Assembly (NCBI GenBank): GCA_963729605.1 | Contig: CAVSNY010000007.1 | Span: forward strand, 1,184,001 to 1,248,000 | Direction: 5' to 3' | Source of the DNA: an uncultured Gammaproteobacteria bacterium | Lineage (GTDB): Bacteria; Pseudomonadota; Gammaproteobacteria; DRLM01 | DNA length: 64,000 bases | Shown: positions 44,743-54,964 of the stretch, in pieces | Numbering within the stretch: the first letter of the stretch is position 1 | Layout of the letters: every line of letters starts with the position of its first letter | Notes under the pieces: generated by a model | What the model was told of the DNA's origin: nothing | What the model saw: only the letters and a program-made list of their open reading frames with translations | Database searches by the model: none | Made by a program: the position numbers and the translations under genes

Positions 44743-45665
44743 CGGAATCAACGGTCGAGAATCTGGCGCAACGGGAACCGGAACCGAAAATCGGTCCCGG
44801 TATACGTTTGCGCGAGGCGCGCGAGGCGCGCAAGTTGACGGTGGAGGCGGCGGCCGTCCAATTGCGGATAGACCCGGTGCTGGTGACGGCCTTGGAAGAG
44901 GATGATTACGATAAATTCGCCGCGCCGATTTTCATCACCGGCAACATCCGGGCTTACGCGCGCCTGCTCGATTTGCCGCCGGAGCCCTTGCTCGAGGCCT
45001 ACCACGGTTTGGGGCACGATGTGCCGCCGGCCTTGAAGCAAGTGAATCGTTATCCGCGCCTCGGCTCATCCACCTCGTGGGCGCCGGGGGTGATCGCGTT
45101 ATTGGTGGTGGCCGTCGCAATCCTGGCGTTTTTGGCTTGGCAGAGCGGCGGACAATTGCCCGGTTTCTCGCAAGGACAGGAACCGACCCAGGAAGAGGGC
45201 AAGGCGCTGCTCTTGCCGGAGGCGCCGGAATCGCAAATACCGCAAGACGTCGGTGGTTTCGATAGCGGCGCGGGTTTAATGCCGTTCGACGGTGCGGATG
45301 TCGGCCGCGAGGAAGAACCGGCCGCGCCGATTGCCGCGTCGCCGAAGGATACGCCCGCCGCGCCGCTGGCGGCCGCGCCGCGCGCGGAGATGCCGGAGCC
45401 CGTGGTACGTTCCAAACTGTCGCTCAAGGTCGATCGGGCCTCGTGGGTGGAAGTGCGCGACGCCACCGGCCGGCGTTTGTTGTATGACTTGCTCGATTCC
45501 GGCGCCGTGAAAATTCTGGAAGGCGTGCCGCCTTTTGATGTGTTGTTGGGCTTCGCGCCGGGAGTCACCCTGGAGTTCAACGGCAAGTTGGTGGACCATC
45601 GTCTGTACGCGCGGCAAGAAACGGCGCGTTTCCGTTTGGGCGAAAACGGCATCAGTTCTTTGTGA
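44739..45665 (+). CDS. rodZ: Cytoskeleton protein RodZ
   Basis: HTH (LREAREARKL..GNIRAYAR), TM, C-terminal SWVEVRDA. Confidence 0.9.
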   Translation: MTESTVENLAQREPEPKIGPGIRLREAREARKLTVEAAAVQLRIDPVLVTALEEDDYDKFAAPIFITGNIRAYARLLDLPPEPLLEAYHGLGHDVPPALKQVNRYPRLGSSTSWAPGVIALLVVAVAILAFLAWQSGGQLPGFSQGQEPTQEEGKALLLPEAPESQIPQDVGGFDSGAGLMPFDGADVGREEEPAAPIAASPKDTPAAPLAAAPRAEMPEPVVRSKLSLKVDRASWVEVRDATGRRLLYDLLDSGAVKILEGVPPFDVLLGFAPGVTLEFNGKLVDHRLYARQETARFRLGENGISSL

Positions 45666-45725
45666 CGGCGGCGCGATGGTGTTTTCGATGATCACGGTTC
45701 AATAAGACTCGATTATTTTTCCATT

Positions 45726-47027
45726 ATGAGTACGACCCTTCAAGCCGTCCGCGGCATGCACGACATCTTGCCCGAGCAGTGCCGTTATTTCGCGCATGTG
45801 GAAAGACTCGCGCGCGAGGTGTTGGCCGGTTACGGTTACGAGGAAATCCGTCTGCCCTTGCTGGAAAGCACCGAACTGTTCAAACGCACCATCGGCGAAG
45901 TCACCGACATCGTCGAAAAAGAGATGTACACCTTCGCCGACCGCAACGGCGACAGCCTGACGCTGCGGCCCGAGGGCACGGCGGGCTGTGTGCGCGCCGG
46001 CATCGAGAACGGACTGCTGCACAATCAGGTGCGGCGCTTGTGGTACGGCGGGCCGATGTTCCGTCACGAACGGCCGCAGAAGGGCCGTTATCGCCAGTTC
46101 CATCAAATAGGCGTGGAAACCTTCGGCATGGCCGGGCCGGACATCGACGCAGAGTTGCTGCTGCTGACCCGTCGCCTGTGGCGGCGTTTGGGGCTGGACG
46201 GTCTGGAATTGCAGATCAACTCGCTGGGCACGGCCGCGGTGCGCGCCGCTTATCGCGAGCAACTGGTCGCCTATTTCACCGCCCATCACGCCGTGTTGGA
46301 CGAGGACAGCCGCCGCCGTTTGCAGAGCAATCCGCTGCGGATCTTGGACAGTAAAAATCCCGCGCTGCAAGAGCTGCTCGCCGGCGCGCCGCAGTTGTTG
46401 GCGTCGCTCGATGCGGAATCGCGTGCCCACTTCGACGAGTTGCGCCGCCTGCTCGACGCCGCCGGCGTGCCTTATCGCGTCAATCCGCGTTTGGTGCGCG
46501 GCCTGGATTATTACGGTAAAACCGTGTTCGAGTGGGTGACCGACCGTCTGGGCGCGCAGGGCACGGTGTGCGCGGGCGGCCGTTACGACGGCCTGGTGGC
46601 GCAATTGGGCGGGCGGTCCACCCCGGCGGCGGGTTTCGCCATGGGCATCGACCGTCTGGTGGCCCTGCTGGAAGAACAGGCCGCGGCGGTGCCGCTCGCC
46701 GCGCCGGATTTGTTTTTGGCGGTGGTGGGTGGCGAGGCCGAGCGGATCGGCCTGGTGTGGGCCGAGCAATTGCGCGATGCCAGTCCGGCGTTGGGCCTGC
46801 TGGTCAATTGCGGAGGCGGCAGTTTCAAATCGCAGCTCAAACGCGCCGACAAAAGCGGCGCGGCCTTCGCCTTGGTGGTGGGCGACGAAGAGGCGGCCCA
46901 AGGCAGGGTGGGCGTCAAACCGCTGCGCGAAGACGCACCGCAGCGGACCTGGGTGTGGCAAGACTTGGTGAGGACCTTGGCGGGCTGCGCGGCGGCGGAT
47001 CTGCCGCGTCTGCTCATGCGCACTTAA
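45726..47027 (+). CDS. hisS: Histidine--tRNA ligase
   Basis: LRPEGTA, RGLDYY, GGRYD. Confidence 0.98.
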   Translation: MSTTLQAVRGMHDILPEQCRYFAHVERLAREVLAGYGYEEIRLPLLESTELFKRTIGEVTDIVEKEMYTFADRNGDSLTLRPEGTAGCVRAGIENGLLHNQVRRLWYGGPMFRHERPQKGRYRQFHQIGVETFGMAGPDIDAELLLLTRRLWRRLGLDGLELQINSLGTAAVRAAYREQLVAYFTAHHAVLDEDSRRRLQSNPLRILDSKNPALQELLAGAPQLLASLDAESRAHFDELRRLLDAAGVPYRVNPRLVRGLDYYGKTVFEWVTDRLGAQGTVCAGGRYDGLVAQLGGRSTPAAGFAMGIDRLVALLEEQAAAVPLAAPDLFLAVVGGEAERIGLVWAEQLRDASPALGLLVNCGGGSFKSQLKRADKSGAAFALVVGDEEAAQGRVGVKPLREDAPQRTWVWQDLVRTLAGCAAADLPRLLMRT

Positions 47028-47084
47028 GGGGATTCATCCCCGTGCGCAATCGGAACCATTGAATTTCAGAACGAGGAAAAGGCC

Positions 47085-47726
47085 GTGGAAGGTTATTCAT
47101 CGGAACAGGAACAAGTCGAGGCCGTCAAACGCTGGTGGCGCGCCAACGGCAAATCGGTGTTGGTGGGCGTGACCATCGGCGTGCTGGTGCTGATCGGCGG
47201 GCGGCTGTGGGTCGAGCATAAAAACAATCAGGCGCTCCTGGCCGAGGAACAATACGAGCAAGTGCTGGCCGATGCGCAGCGCGGTGAAAAGGCCGCGGCC
47301 GTCGATCGCGGCGCACGCCTGCTGGAGGAGAGCCGCGGCAGCCCCTACGCGGCGCTCACCGCCCTGGTGCTGGCCAAGCTAAAGATGGAAGAGAACGATC
47401 AGGACGGCGCCAAGAAATATCTGCAATGGGTGATCGACAACGCCGGCGTCGCCGAACTGAAAGACGTGGCGCGCTTGCGCCTGGCGCGGGTGCTGTTGGC
47501 GGCCGGCGACGGCGCGGCGGCCTTGACTACGGTGCAGGTCGTCGATGAAAAGGCCTACACGGTGCCGATGCAAGAATTGAAAGGCGATATCCTGGTGAGT
47601 TTGAACCGCATCGACGAGGCGCGCGCCGCCTACGCCGCGGCCTTGGCCGCCGAAACCGAGGGCACCGCGGAACACCAGCGTGTGCAGATGAAACTGTCGG
47701 CGCTGGGCGGAGCGCAAACGTCTTGA
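47085..47726 (+). CDS. yfgM: Ancillary SecYEG subunit YfgM
   Basis: EQEQVEAVKRWW, TM, TPR, synteny. Confidence 0.9.
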   Translation: MEGYSSEQEQVEAVKRWWRANGKSVLVGVTIGVLVLIGGRLWVEHKNNQALLAEEQYEQVLADAQRGEKAAAVDRGARLLEESRGSPYAALTALVLAKLKMEENDQDGAKKYLQWVIDNAGVAELKDVARLRLARVLLAAGDGAAALTTVQVVDEKAYTVPMQELKGDILVSLNRIDEARAAYAAALAAETEGTAEHQRVQMKLSALGGAQTS

Positions 47727-48859
47727 AACGCGCGGCCTGCCTCGCGCTGAGCGCCCTGTTGCTCGGGGCCTGTGCCTCGACGCCGGAGGGCGGCGGGCCT
47801 GCGCCTTTGCCCGCCTTCACCAAAGAGATCGAGGTCAAATCCGCATGGTCCAAGCCGATGAGGGCGTGGGAGGGTTCGCCGCAAGGCGACGTGCGGCCGG
47901 TGGTGGTGGGCGATGTATTGTTCGTGATCGACGGCAAGCATTGGCTGCGCGCATATCAGGCGCGCGGCGGAAAATTGCTGTGGGAGCGGCGTCTCGATAC
48001 CGCAATCAGCGCCGGCATTACCGCGGCCGGCGAGTTGTTGCTGTTGGGCACGCGGCAGGCCGAGGTGTTGGCGCTCTCGCAAAAAGACGGCGCGCTGATG
48101 TGGCGCGTGCCGGTATCCAGTGAAGTGTTGGCGCCGCCCACGACCGGTGAAGACATGGTCGTGGTCCGCGCCGGCGATGGCAAACTGCTCGCCTTGGATT
48201 TGCACGACGGCGCGCGGCGCTGGGTGGTGGACAGGCCGGTGCCGAGCCTGACGCTGCGCGGCATCGGCGCCGCGGTGATCGCCGATGGCGGCGTCTACGC
48301 CGGTTTCGCCAATGGCAAATTGCTGGCCTTGTCGCTGCGCGACGGCGCGGTGCAGTGGGAAACCGTGGTGGCCCAGCCGCAAGGCCGCTCGGAACTGGAA
48401 CGCATGGTGGATGTCGACGCGCGGCCGCTGGTGCTCGACGACACGGTGTACGCCGCGGCCTATCACGGCCGGGTGGTGGCGCTGTCGCGCGCCAACGGGC
48501 GGGTGCTGTGGCCGCGCGAGGTGTCCGCTTACACCGATATGGCCTATGACCAGAACACGCTTTATTTCTGCGATGAGGACGGCTCTATCTGGGCCTTGGA
48601 TCGCCGCACGGGTGCGGCCTTGTGGAAACAGGAACAGTTGCAGCGCCGCGCCGTGTCGGCGCCGGTGGTGTTCGGCGATTATCTGGTGGTGGCCGACGTG
48701 GAAGGGTATCTGCATTGGCTGGCGCGGGGCGACGGCCAGCTGGCCGGGCGTTACCACATCAGCGATCAAGGTGTGGTCGGCGCGCCGCTGGTGGTGGATG
48801 ATCTGCTCTACGCCGTCGGTGCCGACGGCAGCATCACCGCCTTGCGCGCCCGCCGTTAA
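47723..48859 (+). CDS. bamB: Outer membrane assembly factor BamB
   Basis: LGAC lipobox, PQQ-like propeller repeats, LTLRG, ERMVDVD. Confidence 0.93.
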   Translation: MKRAACLALSALLLGACASTPEGGGPAPLPAFTKEIEVKSAWSKPMRAWEGSPQGDVRPVVVGDVLFVIDGKHWLRAYQARGGKLLWERRLDTAISAGITAAGELLLLGTRQAEVLALSQKDGALMWRVPVSSEVLAPPTTGEDMVVVRAGDGKLLALDLHDGARRWVVDRPVPSLTLRGIGAAVIADGGVYAGFANGKLLALSLRDGAVQWETVVAQPQGRSELERMVDVDARPLVLDDTVYAAAYHGRVVALSRANGRVLWPREVSAYTDMAYDQNTLYFCDEDGSIWALDRRTGAALWKQEQLQRRAVSAPVVFGDYLVVADVEGYLHWLARGDGQLAGRYHISDQGVVGAPLVVDDLLYAVGADGSITALRARR

Positions 48860-48910
48860 GGCGGCCGTCCCGCCGCGCGTCATTCGAGTAACACAAGCAT
48901 GTCCGCCGTT

Positions 48911-50308
48911 ATGAAACCCGTGATCACCTTGGTGGGGCGGCCCAATGTGGGCAAGTCCACCTTGTTCAATCGCCTCACCCGTTCCCGTGATGCCTTAGTG
49001 GCGGATTTACCGGGACTGACCCGCGACCGCATCTACGGCGACGGCAAGGTCGGCGATCGTCCTTATATCGTGATCGACACCGGTGGCCTGGGCGGCGACG
49101 AGGACAACATCACCGGCCAGATGGCGGCGCAGGCGCGGCTCGCCATGAAGGAGGCCGACGCCATTTTGTTGCTGGTGGACGGCCGCAACGGCTTGAGCGC
49201 CGGCGACGAGCAAATCGCCGACTACCTGCGGCAATTGGGCAAGCGGGTGTTCGTCGCGGTCAACAAAAGCGAGGGCGCCAACACCCACGTCATCAGCGCC
49301 GATTTCCAAAGCCTGGGATTAGGTCAGCCGTACGCGATTTCCGCCGCGCACGGCGACGGCATCGCCGCGCTGATGGAGGCCGTGCTCGCCGATCTGCCGC
49401 GGGCGACCGACGGCAGCGAAGCGGCGGAAGACGGCAGCATCCGCGTCGCGGTGGTCGGGCGGCCCAACGTCGGCAAGTCCACCCTCATCAACCGCATGCT
49501 CGGCGAAGAGCGGGTGGTGGTGTTCGACGAGGCGGGCACCACCCGCGACAGCATTTACATCCCCTATGAGCGCGACGGCCAGCGCTACGTGCTGATCGAC
49601 ACCGCCGGCGTGCGGCGACGGGCGCGGGTCGAGGACGCCATCGAGAAATTCAGCATCGTGAAAACCCTGCAAGCCATCGATGCTGCCCACGTGGTGATCA
49701 TGGTGATGGACGCCAGCGAGGGCGTGCACGCGCAGGACACCGGCCTGGCCGGCATGGTGGTCGAGCGCGGCCGCGCCATGGTGATCGCCATCAATAAATG
49801 GGACGGCCTGGCGCAGGATCAACGGCAAGCGGTGAAGACCGACATCGATCGCCGTCTGCCGTTTCTCGAATTCGCCAAGTTTCATTTCATCTCCGCCTTG
49901 CACGGCAGCGGGGTGGGCGATCTGTTCGGCACCGTCGTCAACGCCTACCAGGCGGCGATGCGCAAATTCCCCACGCCGCAATTGACCCGCCTCCTTGAAG
50001 ACGCGGTGAGCGCCTATCCGCCGCCGCTGGTGCACGGCCGCCGCATCAAATTGCGTTATGCCCACCAAGGCGGCAGCAATCCGCCGCTGATCATCGTCCA
50101 CGGCAATCAAGCCGAGGCGGTGCCGGCGACCTATCAACGTTATCTGGTCAACACCTTCCGCAAAGTCCTGCGCCTGCAGGGTACGCCGCTGCGCATGGAA
50201 TTCAAGACCGGCGCCAATCCCTACGCGGGCAAAAAAAATGTGCTCACGCCGCGTCAGGTGGAAAAGCGCCAGCGTCTCCAGCGTCACCTCAAGAAAAAGA
50301 CCCGCTGA
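48911..50308 (+). CDS. der: Ribosome biogenesis GTPase Der
   Basis: Two [10 protein letters not shown]-loops and a KH-like C-terminus. Confidence 0.98.
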   Translation: MKPVITLVGRPNVGKSTLFNRLTRSRDALVADLPGLTRDRIYGDGKVGDRPYIVIDTGGLGGDEDNITGQMAAQARLAMKEADAILLLVDGRNGLSAGDEQIADYLRQLGKRVFVAVNKSEGANTHVISADFQSLGLGQPYAISAAHGDGIAALMEAVLADLPRATDGSEAAEDGSIRVAVVGRPNVGKSTLINRMLGEERVVVFDEAGTTRDSIYIPYERDGQRYVLIDTAGVRRRARVEDAIEKFSIVKTLQAIDAAHVVIMVMDASEGVHAQDTGLAGMVVERGRAMVIAINKWDGLAQDQRQAVKTDIDRRLPFLEFAKFHFISALHGSGVGDLFGTVVNAYQAAMRKFPTPQLTRLLEDAVSAYPPPLVHGRRIKLRYAHQGGSNPPLIIVHGNQAEAVPATYQRYLVNTFRKVLRLQGTPLRMEFKTGANPYAGKKNVLTPRQVEKRQRLQRHLKKKTR

Positions 50309-50544
50309 TTCCTTCCCGCGCGCGGTTTCCGCGCCGGATGGCGGTTTGCCCATGAGCGCGGCGCCGTTTTTGTCCACTCGGTGCTATGCTCATAAAGATG
50401 GATGAATTTTATTTCACCAACCCCATCGCCCGGCATATCTTCTGGGACATCCAATACCGTCACCGTGAAGCCGGTGAGGCGCGCGACGCAACATTGGTCG
50501 CCAATGAACCGCGCGGCCGCAAGCGACACTGCGCGCCGGCCATT

Positions 50545-50842
50545 CGCTGATCTTTTTCCCGAAGGTACTTTTCAGCGCGTGCCGGGACGGCTGCCGTTTC
50601 GCATGGGTGCGTTTGCCATCGCGGCGCAGGCCGGTGTGCCGGTCGTGCCTATGACCCTCCGCGGCGCCCGGCTAATGCTGCGCGACCGCCAATGGTTCCC
50701 GTGCCGCGGCGCAATCAGCATTACCCTCGGCGCATCGATCTCGCCCGACGGTACGGACTGGGCCGCCGCCCTCAAACTTCGCAATGCCGCACGCGCGGAG
50801 ATGCCGCGTTTATGCGGAGAAACCGATTTGGGAGGACTATAA
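50545..50842 (+). pseudogene. C-terminal fragment of a PlsC-type acyltransferase domain
   Basis: FPEGTF..PFRMGAF..VPVVP present. The N-terminal NHxxxxD motif is absent. Confidence 0.7.
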
Positions 50843-50893
50843 TAATCTTGGATAGATTTTGTCTTTGGTCAAATTCGATAAGGAGATGCGAAT

Positions 50894-51421
50894 ATGATCA
50901 AGCAAGAAGAGACATCGGGCGGTACAGCCGTGAAGGCGAAAGAGACGGCCCAGGAAATCCAGAAAGCCACACCGTCACAGGCCATGAGCCCCTTCGAAGA
51001 TATGGATCGGATGTTTGATAGGCTTTGTCACCCGGGTTGGTTATGGCCGATGCGCCGGGGCCTTCCGTCCTGGGATGAGTTGAAGACCCCCTTTGAAGGC
51101 AAGCTGGCGCGCGTGGACGTGATAGACCGTGAGACCGAGATCGTCGTGAAGGCGGAGGTGCCAGGCGTACGCAAGGAAGATATCGACGTCTCGGTGACAG
51201 ACAACACGATTACGATTAAAGGCAGTACCCGCCGCGAAGAAAAGGAAGAGAAGGGTGAATATTATCGCTACGAGATTTCCCGCGGCGCATTCCCGCGTAC
51301 CCTCGCCTTGCCTGACAATGTCGATAGCGGCAAGGCCAAGGCGAGTTTTAAAGACGGTGTCCTCGAATGGGTCATGCCTAAACCGCAAAAGACCCAACGG
51401 CGGCGTATCGCCATTGACTAG
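50894..51421 (+). CDS. Hsp20/alpha-crystallin small heat shock protein
   Basis: VDVID..AEVPGV, FKDGVL. Confidence 0.93.
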   Translation: MIKQEETSGGTAVKAKETAQEIQKATPSQAMSPFEDMDRMFDRLCHPGWLWPMRRGLPSWDELKTPFEGKLARVDVIDRETEIVVKAEVPGVRKEDIDVSVTDNTITIKGSTRREEKEEKGEYYRYEISRGAFPRTLALPDNVDSGKAKASFKDGVLEWVMPKPQKTQRRRIAID

Positions 51422-51461
51422 CGGATGACTCATTAACCGTCATTGAAACGGAGGTCATGAT

Positions 51462-51692
51462 ATGAGTAAAGCGAAATCCAGTATGCAGTCGGTGTCGTCG
51501 GCGACGGCAAGAAGGGCAGGTGCAACCGAAGCCGCGGTGTCCGGCATCACGCTTCCGCAACGCGAACGAATGATCGCGGAAGCCGCTTATTATCGCGCTG
51601 AACACCGCGGCTTTCAGGGCGGCGACCCGCAGCAAGATTGGTTGGAGGCGGAGGCGGAAATCAATCGGATGCTGAGCGAAACCTTGCATTGA
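51462..51692 (+). CDS. DUF2934 domain protein
   Basis: IAEAAYYRAEHRGF..DWLEAEAEI. Confidence 0.9.
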   Translation: MSKAKSSMQSVSSATARRAGATEAAVSGITLPQRERMIAEAAYYRAEHRGFQGGDPQQDWLEAEAEINRMLSETLH

Positions 51693-51811
51693 GCAAGCGG
51701 ATGCTCGGTTCGTCCAGCGGCGTTGACCGTCGAGGCCCGGGCGTACACCGATAACACTAAGCACAAAGGTACCAAGCAGGACCACGAAGATGCCGTACGG
51801 ACATGGGTGCG

Positions 51812-53063
51812 ATGGAAACAGTCAGCGATACCCTCGGGCATAAGCAAGGCAAGGTATCCCGCTTGGAACGCGCCGCCCTGCGGCGAGTCCTCGCCCTGCT
51901 GGGTAACCCGCCCATCGAGCTGTTGTTGTGGAACGGTGAAGTCGTTGGCGGGGGGGCACGATGCGCCGGTGGCGCGGCTGTGGATACGCCAGCGGGGCCT
52001 GTTGCTGCGTTTGCTCTATCGTCCCGATTTATATTTCGGCGAGGCCTACAGTCAAGGGGAAGTAGACGTCGAAGGCGACTTGGTAAAGTTGCTGGAATGT
52101 GTTGACCCTCTGGACCGGCGCGCCGTTCGGCGCCGTGTGTGGGATAGATTGAAGCTCAAGTTTCCGCAGCTCGCGCCTCATGCTCTTGGCAGTACGCGCA
52201 GCAATATCCACCATCATTACGACATCGGCAATGCCTTTTATCGGCTCTGGCTCGACCAGGAACTGGTTTATACCTGCGCCTATTTTCCCACCCCCGCAGC
52301 GAGCCTGGAAGCGGCGCAACAGGCCAAGATGGAATACGTCTGCCGCAAGTTGCGCCTCAAGCCCGGCGAGACCATTGTGGAGGCGGGTTGCGGTTGGGGC
52401 GCCTTGGCGCGTTACATGGCCCACCACTATGGGGTCAAGGTGCGGGCCTATAACATCTCCCGCGAACAGCTCGTTTATGCGCGTGAGCGGGCCCGTCAGA
52501 TGGGCCTGGACGGCCAGGTGGAATTCGTCGAAGAGGATTATCGCGCCATCGAAGGGCGTTACGACGCCTTCGTTTCCGTCGGCATGTTGGAGCATGTGGG
52601 CAAGGCCCATTACGGAGAACTCGGGTCGGTGATCGATCGCTGTCTGAGTCCGCGCGGGCGTGGTCTCCTGCATTCCATCGGGCGTGATCGGCCCATGCCG
52701 TTGAATGCCTGGATTGAACGTCATATCTTCCCCGGCGCCTATCCCCCCACCTTGTTAGAGATGCTCGAGGTGCTGGAACCCGGAGGATTTTCCGTGCTGG
52801 ATGTGGAAAACCTGCGCCCCCATTACCTGCGTACCCTGGAACATTGGCTGAGCCGCTACGAGGCGACCACGGATACGGTGCGGCAGATGTTCGACGAGGT
52901 CTTCGTCCGTTCCTGGCGTTTCTATCTCGCCTGTTCCATCGCCGGATTCCGGATGGGTTCGCTGCAGCTCTTCCAGATTACCTTCAACCGCGCCGGGATG
53001 AACGATGCGCCCTGGACACGCGACTATCTTTACGGCCAGCGTCTCCCCGGCGGGCACCGTTGA
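51812..53063 (+). CDS. Cfa-family fatty-acyl methyltransferase, frameshift at the G7 run 51950-51956
   Basis: FGEAYSQG, HHYDIGN, YTCAYF, GCGWG, SVGMLEHVG, IFPG. The N-terminal 45 codons are in another frame. Confidence 0.85.
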
Positions 53064-53102
53064 CAAGTCGCTGCATGTCGCCTTCAGCGGAGTGACATCG
53101 GA

Positions 53103-54446
53103 ATGACCGCCCTCACTTATGAAGACAAGAAACAACGCCTGATCGATTTTCTGCGTACCCGGCGCGGTGGCGACGTGCGTCTCGGCAAAGACACATCCAA
53201 CCTTTTTCGCGATCGCAAAGAGACGCCGGCGCGGCGCCTGGACGTGAGCGATTTCAACGAAGTTCTGAGGGTGGATGCCGCCGGCGGTTATGTCGAAGTG
53301 GAAGGCATGACCCCCTATGTGAAGTTGCTTGCCGAATGTCTCAAGTACGATGTCATGCCGGCGGTGGTGCCCCAGCTCAAGTCCATCACCATCGGCGGTG
53401 CGACCGTGGGATGCGGCATCGAAGCTTCCTCATTCCGCTATGGGCTGGTCCACGAAACGGTACGGGAGATGGAGATTCTCCTGGGCAACGGCAGCACCGT
53501 GCTGTGCACGCCCGATAACGAACACCGTGATCTGTTTTATGGGTTTCCCAACTCCTACGGAACCTTGGGTTACGCCCTGAAGCTCAAGGCCAAGGTCGTG
53601 CCGGTGAAGAAGTACATCAAACTTGCCCATCTGCGCTTTACGGAACCGCAAGCCTATTTCGCCGAACTGGTGCGGCAGTGCGATCGTAAAGAAATCGATT
53701 TTGTCGACGGCGTGGTGTTCGGCCGGAACGAGATGGTGATTACGCTTGGCCAATTTACCGATCATGCGCCTTATATCAGCGACTACACTTATGAAAGAAT
53801 TTACTACAAGTCGCTGCGTGAACGCACGGAGGATTACCTGACGACGGAGGATTATGTCTGGCGCTGGGATACGGATTGGTTCTGGTGTTCAAAGAACTTG
53901 CTCGCACAAAATCCGATCATGCGCCGTCTCTATGGCCGCGAGCGGCTGAATTCCATCACCTACACCAGGCTCATGCGCTGGAACAACCGCTGGAACCTCA
54001 CGCGCCATCTGGACAAGTTGCGCGGGATACACAGCGAATCGGTGATCCAGGATGTCGAGATTCCCATTGAAAACGCGCCTGCGTTTCTCGAGTTTTATCA
54101 TGCGGTCATCCGGTTTATGCCGGTATGGATATGCCCCACACGCGCTTATGACAAGACCATTAAATTCGATCTTTATGGAATGAAGCCGGAGCAGCTGTAC
54201 ATCAACTTCGGTTTTTGGGACGCGATTCTCGGCAGGGAAGCGTTGCCGGCCGGATTCTATAACCGGCAGGTCGAAGAAAAAGTGATTGTGCTCGGCGGCA
54301 TGAAATCGCTGTATTCCGATTCCTATTTCACGCCCGAACAGTTCTGGCGAATCTATAACAAAGCGGCCTATGACCGGCTCAAACAAAAATACGATCCGGG
54401 TCATGTATTCAAGGACATCTATCGTAAATGCGTGCTTAAAGAGTAA
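53103..54446 (+). CDS. FAD-binding oxidoreductase (TmsA/BfaA-like, delta24-reductase-like)
   Basis: TSNLFR, VVPQLKSITIGG, PNSYGTLGY, WRWDTDWFWCS, KSLYSDSY. Confidence 0.8.
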   Translation: MTALTYEDKKQRLIDFLRTRRGGDVRLGKDTSNLFRDRKETPARRLDVSDFNEVLRVDAAGGYVEVEGMTPYVKLLAECLKYDVMPAVVPQLKSITIGGATVGCGIEASSFRYGLVHETVREMEILLGNGSTVLCTPDNEHRDLFYGFPNSYGTLGYALKLKAKVVPVKKYIKLAHLRFTEPQAYFAELVRQCDRKEIDFVDGVVFGRNEMVITLGQFTDHAPYISDYTYERIYYKSLRERTEDYLTTEDYVWRWDTDWFWCSKNLLAQNPIMRRLYGRERLNSITYTRLMRWNNRWNLTRHLDKLRGIHSESVIQDVEIPIENAPAFLEFYHAVIRFMPVWICPTRAYDKTIKFDLYGMKPEQLYINFGFWDAILGREALPAGFYNRQVEEKVIVLGGMKSLYSDSYFTPEQFWRIYNKAAYDRLKQKYDPGHVFKDIYRKCVLKE

Positions 54447-54523
54447 TCGCGTATCCGAAAATACGGTTTCTGCGCGTGCAACGATTGCGGCGTGGTGATC
54501 GAGAGTCGGCGCGGCGAAACACC

Positions 54524-54964
54524 TCAGTCGGTTTCGACTTGAATGATGGTGCCGTGTTGATCGTGCCGGATCACCAGCCGTTTGGCACCTTGCCATGACG
54601 CCAGTTGTGTGGCGTCGATCTTGAAATCACGGGCATGAGTGGCGAGATCGACGGGGACGGGACGCTTGCGCCGTTCCTTGTCGCGGAAGCGCAAGAGATT
54701 GTAACGGGCCCACCCAATCAGGACGACCATGATTAAAAGAAGGCTGAAAACATACCAGCCCCAATGATCGAACAGCCGTTTATAGCCGTCATTCATTAGG
54801 AGGTTGTCGTGGAAGAGGTGTATGCCCACCCCCCATGCCACCAGGCTGATGAGCGGCAACCACAAATAAATCCAGAATACCCAGAAGATGAAAGTGAGAC
54901 CGCCGGTGGTGGCCCGTTGCAACGGCGATTGAAGATCGGGGCGTTCGATGATCAGGCGTTTCAT
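54524..54964 (-). CDS. pgaD: PNAG biosynthesis protein PgaD
   Basis: Two TMs, WARYN..RFR..ERR. ATGA overlap with pgaC. Confidence 0.9.
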   Translation of the reverse strand: MKRLIIERPDLQSPLQRATTGGLTFIFWVFWIYLWLPLISLVAWGVGIHLFHDNLLMNDGYKRLFDHWGWYVFSLLLIMVVLIGWARYNLLRFRDKERRKRPVPVDLATHARDFKIDATQLASWQGAKRLVIRHDQHGTIIQVETD

